Source: a virus
Lineage: Duplodnaviria; Caudoviricetes
Length of the DNA: 64,000 bases
Direction: 5' to 3' (one strand)
Virus record (IMG/VR): IMGVR_UViG_2795385840_000015
Span: 39,363-103,362 of that record
A program made the translations under genes and the position numbers. The notes beneath the pieces were generated by a model that was given only the letters and a program-made list of their open reading frames with translations, did not search any database and was not told the DNA's origin. Shown one piece after another: positions 47,950 through 57,925 of the stretch (the first letter of the stretch is position 1; each line of letters begins with the position of its first letter).

Positions 47950-48768
47950 ATGAGCCGAGTAGATGAGATCGCAGTGCAGCCCTGGCCGGGCGATCCGGCC
48001 ACGGCGTGGGCCGCCGTGGAAGAGCGCGCGCGGACGCACCGTCTCTCCGACCGGCCTGAGGCGATCCCCCGTATGGACGATCTCGGCACCCGGCTGCAGA
48101 AGATGAGCGGTCTGATGAACCAGGTTGCCGGGGTCGGGCTGCTCGTTGTCACGGCGATAAGCGTGATGATGCTGCTTCGGTCGCTCTCGGGCGAGCCGGA
48201 GGACTGGCTCGTCGTCGGAATGGCGGCGTTGGTAGCCGCAGTGATGGTGCCGCTCGGTGTCTTCTTGCTGCTGTACCCGCGCCGGTCTTGGGGGCCGACC
48301 GCGTGGGTCGTGGATTCCGCGATGCTGTGCGAGGCGCACCCGTACCGGCTGCGGCTGCGCAAGCACCCGTCGAGCGCCGCCGTCGCGACGATCCTGCTCG
48401 GCGGCGGAGGCATCGAAGGCGAGACCGTTCGGATGGACGGCGAGAAAGCGATGCGCATCGTCAGCGCCTGCGAACAGTGGGCGACCCAGCTCGAGCAGGA
48501 TCCGTCGGCCTATGCCGAGTTCTGGCGGCGATGGAAGCGGGAGGACCCGGAGGTGCTCCCCACCGAGCTGCTCTTCGGCCCGGACGCGAAGGGCGGCTTC
48601 ATCACCTGCGTGGACCGCCACCACCGCTGGTTCCTCGCGATCCCCCGCCGCCGTAAGGCTCGGCTGGGCAACCCCTGGCACCATGCGCACGCCCTGCCCG
48701 TGTGGTGGACCACCGAGCACGCCGACTCGATCGGCATCGACTGGGACTCGATGAGGAGCGGATCATGA
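47950..48768 (+). CDS. Family B membrane protein
   Basis: PWPGDPATAW..ELLFGPDAKGGFI. Confidence 0.8.
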   Translation: MSRVDEIAVQPWPGDPATAWAAVEERARTHRLSDRPEAIPRMDDLGTRLQKMSGLMNQVAGVGLLVVTAISVMMLLRSLSGEPEDWLVVGMAALVAAVMVPLGVFLLLYPRRSWGPTAWVVDSAMLCEAHPYRLRLRKHPSSAAVATILLGGGGIEGETVRMDGEKAMRIVSACEQWATQLEQDPSAYAEFWRRWKREDPEVLPTELLFGPDAKGGFITCVDRHHRWFLAIPRRRKARLGNPWHHAHALPVWWTTEHADSIGIDWDSMRSGS

Positions 48769-49466
48769 GCAATCATTCACCCGGCCAACGGTCAGCTCGG
48801 TCTGTGCTCAGACGGATCGGGAAGGCCATGGCCAGCGAGTTCACCCCTCCGCCGAAGCCGCGCCCTGCCCCGCTCCGCAAAGAGCTCATCGAGGGGCGAG
48901 AGACTGTCGGCGTCATCCGCTACGCCGTGTCGAACGACTCCCCCGAGGGTGGACCGACAGACGATGACCTCGTCATCCACATCGACGTGAGTGTCGACGG
49001 TAAGCATGTGACGTTGCCTCGGACGGTCCGGTCCCCGCTGCTCGGCCCGTCCGCGGGCCGCAGGCTCATCGGGAAGGAAGTCGTCATCCGCCACACGACG
49101 CTCGATCCGACCTACGACTGCGACGTGCTCGTCGTCCAATGGCCGGCGGAGCTCGACGGAGAGCTGGCACCGTTCCGGCCGCACGGTCCTGGGACGCTTG
49201 GCTACCGGATCTGGGGTGTTCTCGCGAGCCTGTGCTTCATGATCGGCTGGGGCGGGGTCATGCTCGTCGTCCCGACGGCATGCTGGCTTCTCATCGGCAT
49301 GCTCTTCCTCGGAAATCATCCGTTCGACGGCTTCCCTGGCTGGACGAACCCCGCGGTGCTGTTCCCGGCCAGCATCGTCGCGATCCCGCTCGGTTTCTGG
49401 TTATACGCTGCATGCGCTTACCGCAGGGACCGGGCGCAAGCACGGATCGAAGAGATGTCGTCATGA
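48765..49466 (+). CDS. Family A-like protein with permuted topology (TMs C-terminal)
   Basis: VIRHTTLDPTYDCDV precedes two TMs. Confidence 0.75.
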   Translation: MSNHSPGQRSARSVLRRIGKAMASEFTPPPKPRPAPLRKELIEGRETVGVIRYAVSNDSPEGGPTDDDLVIHIDVSVDGKHVTLPRTVRSPLLGPSAGRRLIGKEVVIRHTTLDPTYDCDVLVVQWPAELDGELAPFRPHGPGTLGYRIWGVLASLCFMIGWGGVMLVVPTACWLLIGMLFLGNHPFDGFPGWTNPAVLFPASIVAIPLGFWLYAACAYRRDRAQARIEEMSS

Positions 49467-50107
49467 GCAAGTGCGGATCAGTGTTCGACCGGGTCACGAT
49501 GCGGCTGCTGGGCATCGGGTACGGGCCCGACATGCCGTTCATCCACCGCTACGACCGAGTGATGCCGACGATCGTCATCGCCTGCATCATCGGGGTCGTT
49601 GGGCTCGCCGTCCTCTTGGTAGCGCTGGGGCCGGTGTTCATGTGGGCTTTCATCGGACTCCTCGTGCTCTTCTCTGCCATCGTGATCCTGCGCGCAGTGC
49701 TTCTCAGCCCGAAATCTCTCGACACCCTGCCGGCCATCGACCGGACCCCGCGCGTTGCGACGGTCTCGGCGAACGAGGGCACCGACTCAGTGACCGGTTG
49801 GCCCGGCCTGTACGTGACCTATCAGGGCAGGGATGGCAAACAATACGAAGTGCATCTCGCCGATGACGTCGATGAATCCTGGCTCGATCGCTTCCCCATC
49901 GGGAGCACCTGGCAGGTGTACGCGTTCCGCGATACAGCGCTCGCGGACACCGTGGTGTTCCTGACGGAGGCCCACGACGAGGTGCTGCGCTCGGGCATCT
50001 ACCTCTGGCTCGGGGTCCGCGGCGAGGTGCACACCGGCCAGTTCCGCAAGCCCCGCCCGGGATCGCCGTTCTTCGGCGAGGACTCAAGATGGGAGTTCGC
50101 GGCATGA
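49463..50107 (+). CDS. Two-TM membrane protein, family C
   Basis: DRFPIGSTWQVYAF..VFLTEAHDEVLRSG. Confidence 0.8.
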   Translation: MSKCGSVFDRVTMRLLGIGYGPDMPFIHRYDRVMPTIVIACIIGVVGLAVLLVALGPVFMWAFIGLLVLFSAIVILRAVLLSPKSLDTLPAIDRTPRVATVSANEGTDSVTGWPGLYVTYQGRDGKQYEVHLADDVDESWLDRFPIGSTWQVYAFRDTALADTVVFLTEAHDEVLRSGIYLWLGVRGEVHTGQFRKPRPGSPFFGEDSRWEFAA

Positions 50108-50727
50108 CCGGCGCAGCAGACAGCCGCCGGCTAGGTCCGGTGAACGGCTCGCGCAGCTCTCTCTGGACCGACGGTGGGACGTGGTTCGGGCTGTTCCTGA
50201 TCAGCTCAGTCCTTCTGAGCTGGGGCATCTTGTCCTTGCCGCTCGACGGGACTGTCCGCGGCGTGATGCTGTTCTTCGCCATCCTCGTGGTCGCGATCGC
50301 GTGCGGCGTCGGGTGGCTCCAGGCGATGTCGAGCACACCACTGCCCGCGCTGGACCACACCCCCCGGGTGGCGCGCGTGCGCGAGATCCGCGAATGGGAC
50401 CAACCCGACACCACAGCGGAAGCACAAACGAAGAAGGTCATCGTCGACTACGACGGAGCCGACGGGAAGACACACACAGCCTGGCTGGGCGATCTCATCA
50501 ACGAGGCGTCGATCGACCGGTTCACGCCCGAGAGCAGCTGGCATGTGTACGCCTTCGCCGACCCGGACCTGGCCGACACCATGGTTCTGCTCACCGAAGC
50601 ACACGACGACGTGCGACGCAGCGGCTACCTGATCACCGGCCTCCACGGCAACACCGAGTTCTCAAGCCTCCAACAACCCGCAGCAGGGTCGCCGTTCCTA
50701 AACGGGAAGCGCAGGTTCGTCTCGTGA
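50104..50727 (+). CDS. Family C membrane protein
   Basis: DRFTPESSWHVYAF..LLTEAHDDVRRSG. Confidence 0.8.
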   Translation: MTGAADSRRLGPVNGSRSSLWTDGGTWFGLFLISSVLLSWGILSLPLDGTVRGVMLFFAILVVAIACGVGWLQAMSSTPLPALDHTPRVARVREIREWDQPDTTAEAQTKKVIVDYDGADGKTHTAWLGDLINEASIDRFTPESSWHVYAFADPDLADTMVLLTEAHDDVRRSGYLITGLHGNTEFSSLQQPAAGSPFLNGKRRFVS

Positions 50728-51266
50728 ACCGCGACGCCACAGCGTGGATGGCCCTGGCGCGGACGCCCGAGACCCGGGCGCGGATCCGCCGGTGGGTGTT
50801 CCTCAAGCGCGTCTTCTTCGGGCTGGCCTGCCTCGGGTTGACGGGGTTCGTGATCACCGTCGTCGTGGCTGCGATCCGCGAAGTCCTCGGGAAGCCGGGC
50901 CCGTGGTGGGTCTTCCTCGCAGCCTTCGCAGTACTCGTGGTGTCGATCCTCCCGTGGTGCCTGGCCTCGTTCAGGCTCGACGTCGCACGGTATGCCGACG
51001 GTAAGGAAACCGGCGGCACTATCACCAAGATCGTTGTCGATGAACACACGGATCCAGAGGCACTGCCCGCATACGACATCACGATCGCGGCCAGGCTTCC
51101 GAATGGGGGCATCCGTCGCACCTGCCGGGTGTCTGAGCGCACGGCGCCGGAGCTTGGACAGATGGTCCGGTTCCGCCACAACACCGGCGACCCGGACGAC
51201 CTGAAGGATGTGTTGTTCCTCGGGTTCGTCGATGCACCAGATCCCGCAGAAGGCCCAGTGACATGA
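50724..51266 (+). CDS. Family A membrane protein
   Basis: WMALARTPETRARIRRW..RFRHNTGDPDDL. Confidence 0.8.
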   Translation: MNRDATAWMALARTPETRARIRRWVFLKRVFFGLACLGLTGFVITVVVAAIREVLGKPGPWWVFLAAFAVLVVSILPWCLASFRLDVARYADGKETGGTITKIVVDEHTDPEALPAYDITIAARLPNGGIRRTCRVSERTAPELGQMVRFRHNTGDPDDLKDVLFLGFVDAPDPAEGPVT

Positions 51267-51580
51267 GTCGCGCAAAGAACTTCCTCGGCGCTCTGTTCGG
51301 GTGGCGACACCGCCGCGCCGAGCGTGCTCGGAGTATCCGGCTCACCGGGCCGCGGGTGCGGGCGAAGGTGGTCGAGGTGAAGCGCTCGAAGGGCAGCAAC
51401 GTCCACGCGTACTACGACGTCATCCTGCGCTTCACCGACTCCCAAGGAATCGAGCACGATCACAAGGCCATGACGCGCACCCACAAGCCCTACGTCGGCA
51501 GCAAGCACTGGATCCGCTACGACCCAAAGAAACCGAACCGAAAGTCCACCTGGTTCGTCGACTGGGAACGGCGGCGGTGA
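51263..51580 (+). CDS. DUF3592-like stand-alone domain
   Basis: G.RVRAKVV..LRFTD.QG..VG...IRYDP..P. Confidence 0.7.
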   Translation: MSRAKNFLGALFGWRHRRAERARSIRLTGPRVRAKVVEVKRSKGSNVHAYYDVILRFTDSQGIEHDHKAMTRTHKPYVGSKHWIRYDPKKPNRKSTWFVDWERRR

Positions 51581-52092
51581 GTAGACGGAGCGCGGCCCCC
51601 AGGGGCGCGGGAGATCGCGCGTCCGTCACGGGGACGGCACCGCTCATCCTGGGCGCACTGTTGTTCACGGGGATGCTTGCCCTCGGTGCGACGACCGGCA
51701 ACGTCCCCGCGGAGAACAAGGCGCTCTTGTTCGCGCCGGTGTTCTACTCGCTGACCGTGATGGGCGGGCTCATCGCTTCTTTCCCCGGGTTCAGCATCCT
51801 CGAGACCGTCCTGCGCCGCCGGCACGATCCCGAGCAAGGGTGGACTCGGGCGGCGCTGACGATCCTGGTGTTGATCTCCGCTCTCTTCGTCGTCGCGTGC
51901 ATGTTCGCGCTACCCGTGGTCGCACTCGGGGTCAGCGCGAACGGGCTTGGAGTGGGTATCGCCCTGCTCTGGTCGGCGCGTGGTCCGCGTGACGGCTCTG
52001 GTGCGTTCTGGGCGTTGCTGTGGGTGTCGCTCGCACTGGCAGCCGTCGCCGCGGCATGGACCACAGTCGCCATCCTCGGTGCGCTCAGTTGA
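51577..52092 (+). CDS. Polytopic membrane protein
   Basis: About five hydrophobic segments; GTGA coupling. Confidence 0.7.
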   Translation: MSRRSAAPRGAGDRASVTGTAPLILGALLFTGMLALGATTGNVPAENKALLFAPVFYSLTVMGGLIASFPGFSILETVLRRRHDPEQGWTRAALTILVLISALFVVACMFALPVVALGVSANGLGVGIALLWSARGPRDGSGAFWALLWVSLALAAVAAAWTTVAILGALS

Positions 52093-52125
52093 GGCGCGAA
52101 GGCCGGGTGCGCCCGCGTCGATATC

Positions 52126-52896
52126 GTGGCGTGTATGGGTGATGGGCAGGAACCAGCGGACGTGGAAGCGACTGCGGTGCCGTGGTCACCGCGCCGCCGC
52201 TGGACGTTCGGTGTTCTCAGCGGGGTGGTGGTGCTGGCACTTTTCGTATTCGTTCCCGGCCCCGTCTCGGGGATTCTCAAGGCGAACAACGCCCGTCAGC
52301 TGGTTGACGACGTCTCCACCGGACGCGCAAAACTGCTCGCCAAACAGGACGAGTTCCGGCCACCGCTCGCGAGCTTAGGAAACCCGGCGCGCTCATGGAC
52401 TCAGGTCTCGTGTTGGATGTCCCCGCGCTACAGCGATGGCGACGGTGAGCAGGACGTGGTCATGTTCTACTGGCAACAATGCGCGCTCCTGGCCTACGAG
52501 ATCTACGCGCTGCCGCCCGATGCCGGTGACGCAGCGCAGGTCGCACAGCGCCTCCGTGGCCACTCTGCGGGTGAACCCTCCTGTGCCGAGCCACTCTTCG
52601 ACGTGCTGACCCCCGACGTCGGTGCCAGCAGGATCGACGAGTTTGCGACAGGTCTCTGGTGGATGAATCCCGAAGGAGTACCGCCGTCTCATCAGCTGGA
52701 CCGCTGCACGATGCCCACCCCGGACGACCCCGACACTGCACACACGCAAATAGGTATCGATGCCCGATTGGGCGCGGACGCCTACGTCGTCTACCAGGTC
52801 CGATCGCCAGTCAGCATGGTCGATGTGGGCTGCGACCGGCGACTGTCCTGGCTCGCGCCCTGCAGGGGAGAACCGGAGGGCTTCCCAACGCTGTGA
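52126..52896 (+). CDS. Membrane-anchored exported Cys-containing protein
   Basis: RRR + N-terminal TM; several Cys. Confidence 0.7.
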   Translation: MACMGDGQEPADVEATAVPWSPRRRWTFGVLSGVVVLALFVFVPGPVSGILKANNARQLVDDVSTGRAKLLAKQDEFRPPLASLGNPARSWTQVSCWMSPRYSDGDGEQDVVMFYWQQCALLAYEIYALPPDAGDAAQVAQRLRGHSAGEPSCAEPLFDVLTPDVGASRIDEFATGLWWMNPEGVPPSHQLDRCTMPTPDDPDTAHTQIGIDARLGADAYVVYQVRSPVSMVDVGCDRRLSWLAPCRGEPEGFPTL

Positions 52897-52909
52897 ACCG
52901 AGCAACGCG

Positions 52910-53707
52910 CTACAGCAGCTGCTCCGGCAGCGGGCCGCAGACGTCGACGAACGGACCCATCACCAGTTCGAAGACTCGGGCGTCGACGTCGTTGGGGGCG
53001 AGGTCGCGCATCAGGGCCGCGACGCCGAGTGTCCAGAACGGCCCGCGATCGATACCGCGGCCCTGCGGGGCGACATCATGCAGATGCGACAGGAACGCCC
53101 CGACCTGCTTGCGTAGATCGTCGGGGATGCTCGGGCCCCAGGAGTACAGCTCGGCTTCTGCTCGAACCCAGGCGTTTCCGTCACGGCGGATGTGATCGAG
53201 GATGGCCTGGGCCTCGGGCGTCGTCAGCAGGCCGAGCCGGTAACAGACGGCGTCCCAGGCCGGGTGCGCCGCCGACGCGGTCGGTGTCATCAGGTTGGCG
53301 AGTTCGGCGGCGGAGGGCGGCGGGTACAGCGCCGCCAAGGCGCTCGTGCGCAGGTCCCGGGAGTCTCGGATCGCCTGCAGATCATCTGGCACGAGCGGCA
53401 GATCCGGGCCGCACGGTGGTTCGAGCAGGATCACGCGTTTCGGGTCGGCCCCGTCGATGATCACTGGGGCGTGCCAGCGGATGACCAGTCCGGTGAAGCT
53501 CCCTGGATCCGTGCCGCTGCGCAGTTCCGCTCGGAAGGAGGCTCGGCCCGGCGGCTGGACCTCGATGATCGCCGCGTCGTGATCAACTTGGAGCACGAGC
53601 GCACGCGCGTAGACGGGCTCGGCGAGGTCCGGGACACCGACGTCCGCCGACGCCGCGTCTCCGGTGGACGGCCGCTCCCGCCCGCGCAGTCGGTCTATCC
53701 AGCCCAT
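52910..53707 (-). CDS. Hypothetical protein
   Basis: MGWIDRLRGR; last gene of convergent operon. Confidence 0.7.
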   Translation of the reverse strand: MGWIDRLRGRERPSTGDAASADVGVPDLAEPVYARALVLQVDHDAAIIEVQPPGRASFRAELRSGTDPGSFTGLVIRWHAPVIIDGADPKRVILLEPPCGPDLPLVPDDLQAIRDSRDLRTSALAALYPPPSAAELANLMTPTASAAHPAWDAVCYRLGLLTTPEAQAILDHIRRDGNAWVRAEAELYSWGPSIPDDLRKQVGAFLSHLHDVAPQGRGIDRGPFWTLGVAALMRDLAPNDVDARVFELVMGPFVDVCGPLPEQLL

Positions 53708-53714
53708 GCGCTTC

Positions 53715-54470
53715 TCACCCCTGTGCCTGGTCGACGGGGATCACGAGCGCATTGCGCATCGGGTATGCCGGGGCCTCGGGTTCTCGCCAGTCGAGCAGCA
53801 GCGCCCACCGTGAACGCCTGGCGGTCCCGCGGACGAGGTATCCACCGGAGGCCTCGGGGCCGAAGATCTCGTCAGATGCGAAGGTGTTGATGATGCGCCG
53901 CCGGAACCCCGAGTTCCACGCATTCTTGGCGGCGGAGTCGGCCTCCTTGTCGGCTTCGAGGCGGGCCAGCCAGATCCGGAATGCGGTCGCGATCCTCGAC
54001 ACCTGCTCATCCGGGGTCCGTGCGTCGATAGCGACCGAGGTCAGGCACCACCCATCGCCGTCACCGATGTGAAAGCTCGTCGGATAGATCTCACACAGCA
54101 CACCGCGCGCGGGTGGGAAACCCTGGCGCTCTTCATACTTGCGCCACTGCCGGTGCCCGAGCCACAGCGCCGGCCCAACGATCAGCAGAACGACGCCGGC
54201 GAACCACTGCACACCAGCGGAGGTGCTGCGCCCGCTCAGCGGGAACACCCCGACCAGCAGGCCACCGACGAGAATCGCACCAGCTACGGTGAACACCAGG
54301 GCGACCGCCGGCACGAACACCCGCTGCCCGCGCACGTCAGCCGCAATCTCCTCCAACGGCCTGATCGACGGCCGCTCGCCATACCGTGACTTCGCCGCTG
54401 GGGCAGCGACTGCCTGCGCCCATGCGGACACGGGATCGGCGGGCCAGGGCCAAAGCTCAGTCGGACTCAC
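53715..54470 (-). CDS. Family B membrane protein
   Basis: WPWPADPVSAW..DEIFGPEASGGYLV; GTGA coupling. Confidence 0.8.
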   Translation of the reverse strand: MSPTELWPWPADPVSAWAQAVAAPAAKSRYGERPSIRPLEEIAADVRGQRVFVPAVALVFTVAGAILVGGLLVGVFPLSGRSTSAGVQWFAGVVLLIVGPALWLGHRQWRKYEERQGFPPARGVLCEIYPTSFHIGDGDGWCLTSVAIDARTPDEQVSRIATAFRIWLARLEADKEADSAAKNAWNSGFRRRIINTFASDEIFGPEASGGYLVRGTARRSRWALLLDWREPEAPAYPMRNALVIPVDQAQG

Positions 54471-54976
54471 CCGGTGCCTCGCTGATGTTCGCGGATGCTG
54501 TCGAACAGTGCGTCCTCCAGGTCGTCGGGGTCCAGCGTGGTGTGCCGGAAGCGCAGCGTCTGCCCGATCCGTGGGCGGGGGTGGTCCCCACCCACGGTGC
54601 AGTGCCTTCGGATGGCCGGCCCGCCCTCCACTGCCACGGACACGGTGAGCATGAAGTAGCGCGAGACGCTGCCGTCGTCGTTGGTACGACGCACCTCGGT
54701 GACCTCTTCGATCGGCGCTTCGGAAACATGCGCGTTGGTGAACCGCGCGCGGTACCGCCGGTGCCCGCAGTAGAGGCCGCCGAGGATGCCCGCCGGGATC
54801 AGGACGAAGACCGCGACGGCGGTTGCGACCCACAGCTGTTCTGGGCTGGAGCTGAACGCGCTCGCGATGGCTCCGAGCAGACCGGTCACCGCCAGAACCA
54901 GGCACGTGATCGCCCCGACGCCCCACCAGCGGTAGGCGCGGCCGGGCGCTGTCGACGCGGAATCGTGGGCGCTCAC
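54467..54976 (-). CDS. Family A membrane protein
   Basis: RFRHTTLDPDDLEDALF; GTGA coupling. Confidence 0.8.
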   Translation of the reverse strand: MSAHDSASTAPGRAYRWWGVGAITCLVLAVTGLLGAIASAFSSSPEQLWVATAVAVFVLIPAGILGGLYCGHRRYRARFTNAHVSEAPIEEVTEVRRTNDDGSVSRYFMLTVSVAVEGGPAIRRHCTVGGDHPRPRIGQTLRFRHTTLDPDDLEDALFDSIREHQRGTG

Positions 54977-55461
54977 GAGCCAGGCCCCAACGACGCGTTG
55001 CGCTCCTCGCGACCGACGAACGCGTCGTCGAGGTCGTCCGGGTCGAGGGTGCGGTGACGGAACCGGACCGGCTTCCCGACCCAGCCGAGCGGATCGGGAT
55101 CCCCGCCGGTGTCGATCCGCCGGTGGATCGACACCCCGTGTGCGAGTTCCGCATCGATCAGCAGCTGGTACTTCGATGCCCCGTCTCCGAACTGGCTTTC
55201 CAGCACGTCGCGGACCGTGCCCACGGCGGTGGGGGCTCCCGCGAAGAGAGCCACGCGGTGCTTGTCCCAGGCGATCCTGAGCAGGCACCCGCTCACCAAG
55301 GTGGCGGCGAACCCCGCGATCCACACCCAGTGCGGGGAGGTGCCGAGCGCACTGGCGATGCAGAACACGACCCCTGCCAACGTGAGGAACGCGAACAGCG
55401 ACCGTGCGAGGTTCCAACGCCGGACGCGGTGATCGACCGACACGTCACTCAGACCATCCAC
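54973..55461 (-). CDS. Family A membrane protein
   Basis: RFRHRTLDPDDLDDAF; GAGGGGAG RBS. Confidence 0.8.
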   Translation of the reverse strand: MDGLSDVSVDHRVRRWNLARSLFAFLTLAGVVFCIASALGTSPHWVWIAGFAATLVSGCLLRIAWDKHRVALFAGAPTAVGTVRDVLESQFGDGASKYQLLIDAELAHGVSIHRRIDTGGDPDPLGWVGKPVRFRHRTLDPDDLDDAFVGREERNASLGPGS

Positions 55462-55764
55462 GGCGCTCCCCTCATCCCTCGCTTCCCGACGATGTCACCC
55501 ACCATATCCAGCGATCAGGCGGGCGATGTTCAGCTGCTGGGCGGCCGAAGAAGGGCCCCGTCGACGGGGCGGATCCTGACACCTGGGCTCCCACGGCTTG
55601 GGTTACGTGCTGTAGACCGCTCCGAGTCCGGCCGTCGCGTCGAGGAGGGACGGGCACCAGCGGTCACGGATCGACATGGAATCACTGTGGGGCGCGTGGC
55701 GGGCGGGCCGCAGGCCGTCGAAAACCGGTTGTGGCGCCCCCGCCTAGGACGCACCCTAGAGGGC

Positions 55765-56259
55765 ATGGAGGTCACGTTCGTCAAGCGCCGGAACGGGTAC
55801 GACGTGCGGATCCGCCGGGAGAGGGGCCCCGAGCTCACGCCGCGCGGCGGGCCGGGTGGCCGTCCACCCGTGCCGCACGACGCGGCGCACCTCATCGTCG
55901 AGCAGGAGGCGCGGCTGCGCGGCGGCGTGTTCGGGCGCCTCGCCGACGCCAACGGCCTCGACGGGCTCTTCTGGCCCGCCGATCCGGCGGAGCGGCGGAA
56001 GGCGTCCCGGCGAAACCGCAAGCCCACGGCGGCGCAGGCGGCGGACATGGCACGGTCGGAGTACCTCGCGTCGCTGACGGCGGCGCTGTGGGAGGTCGAG
56101 CGCGGCCACCGGCAGGCCGCTGGCCCGTGGCCCGGGCCAGCGGCCGAGGTCTACGTCGAACCCGCTCTCCTGGACCGGATCTTCGCCCGCTACGACGACT
56201 TCGCACCGCGCTGGGCGGAACTCCCCGACGGCGGAGAGCTCACGCTGCTCTGGCGCTGA
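55765..56259 (+). CDS. Hypothetical protein with PHDxxHxxVE motif
   Basis: GAGGG RBS; VPHDAAHLIVE..GGVFG. Confidence 0.7.
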   Translation: MEVTFVKRRNGYDVRIRRERGPELTPRGGPGGRPPVPHDAAHLIVEQEARLRGGVFGRLADANGLDGLFWPADPAERRKASRRNRKPTAAQAADMARSEYLASLTAALWEVERGHRQAAGPWPGPAAEVYVEPALLDRIFARYDDFAPRWAELPDGGELTLLWR

Positions 56260-56357
56260 ACCGTGGCGATATGGCGCACACGCACACGCACACGCATACG
56301 AAACGAACGGCGGCACCCCTACCGAGTTCGTTCGCATCGGTCTCCGAAAACACGGCG

Positions 56358-56983
56358 ATGATCCGGTCGCGATACTCCACCCACTATTACCTGGCTTTTC
56401 ACGAGATCGACTCTCCCTCAGAAGACGAGAAGTTCTATGAAGCCGCCGAGCGGCTCCTTCTGCGCATCAACGGCCTTGGGCGCGTTGAAAATCAGAACTT
56501 TCGTCCGGTAGCGCTGAGCGACGAGTACACGACGTCCGACGGTCGGCGGCACACGGTCCTCCGACCCGCACCGGCTCAGATCCGTGTGAATGTTGGGCGA
56601 CCGACAGTTACGGTCGCGAGACCAGACGGCACGGTAGTTCCCGATCCGCCATCTCCCTGGCCGGACCGTTTCGCAGCGGCGGCGTCGAATCCAGATCTCG
56701 CCGAGGCGCAGGAAGTTCTGGGTAAGCCAGAGAATGTCTGGTGGTCAGATCTGTATTGGGTCTTCGAGATCATCACCGACGCGATTGGTGCCGGAGTAAG
56801 ATCTATGGCGAATTAGATTGGGCCACAAAGACACAAGTGGATTCATTCACTGCCTCGGCGCAACGGGTGCGGCATGCCAGGTCGACAGCGGTACCCCCTC
56901 GCGAGCTATCTCTTACCGAGGCGCATGATCTGGTGAGCGCCCTTGTAGCCAAGTGGGCGGCGATGCTCGCCGCCAAGGGGTGA
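56358..56983 (+). pseudogene. Frameshifted, probably 5'-truncated HEPN-like gene
   Basis: Two overlapping ORF halves join as WSDLYWVFEII..W....DSFTASA..RHAR..EAHDLV..W, break near 56790. Confidence 0.45.
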
Positions 56984-57129
56984 ATAAGTGAGGCAACCAC
57001 CCCGGGGTCTTCCAGGCCATATCCCTCAGCGGCGACTGCAGCTTTCGATGCGACGTATGATCGCATCGTGGATGGCGGGGAGATCCACCGCCCGGCTTTC
57101 ATCACCCACGAGCGTTCGTCTCTCGCCGC

Positions 57130-57350
57130 ACACCATATTCGCGGTGAAAGCGTTTGCGCCACAAAACCATATGCCGCTTCACTGGAGCCCCCTTGGGGCG
57201 ACGCTCTCCCATTCGCCCGGATAGGTGAACGTCACCATGGCTGGGATGCGGCCCGATTCGACTAACGGGCTGCAGTCGAGCTCGGCGAAACTGCGGCAGG
57301 TCGCAGAACGGGACTTACGCGACCACTTTCGTGATGACCCGCCAGGTTGA
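57130..57350 (-). pseudogene. Fragment of a second HUH Rep
   Basis: WSRKSRS..CR.FAELD..PLVESGRIPAMVTFTYPG then frameshifted VKRHMVLWRKRFHREYG; homologous to ~44400-44610. Confidence 0.85.
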
Positions 57351-57925
57351 GCCGGGTGCAATGTCCGTAAGGCTCCGTCGCGACACAGTCACGACGGCAC
57401 GGGGATAAAGCTGGGACGCCTTGGCGAGGAGGTGGGGCAGCGGCGTAGAGCTCGATTTCGGTCTGTGGAGGCCGGTCGAGCCAGCCGAGATCGACCGGGT
57501 TTGGTGCAGCTCGGACAAACTCTCCGCCACAGCGCCGTCGGCAACGTGGCTACGCCCAATTCCTCAGCTCCAACTGCATCACGGCTGTTGTCCCGAAAAC
57601 TGCTTCGGCGTTGTTTCGTACGCGGGCTCTCGAAGTGGCCGCATTTGGTCGCTGGCGCGGGCAGGTGGTGATCGGCGACTGGGCACTTGGGTGCAGCGGC
57701 GGTCGGCCACATTTGAGGTTGCGGCTATCTTTTCCCCACGCCCGCAGCTTTCGTCATCAGTCACACTCAACGCCCGAATTCGGTCGAATATCGCCCTGGA
57801 GTGCAGAAACGGGCGGGTCAACGAAGGACGCCTTCTATACTTTGCCAGACCATGTAGGTGTGCTGGTATTGCTGATATAGTCTAGTCGCTGATAGGTTGG
57901 TATCAATACGGCTCAAGGGGGGCTC

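Noticed and set aside
56274-56300. (CACACG)n microsatellite
   Set aside because: About four units, intergenic, no evidence it controls a reading frame
46446-56816. Long Arg/Pro-rich N-terminal extensions and antisense ORFs in the island
   Set aside because: High-GC frame artefacts; true starts are set by the ATGA/GTGA overlaps
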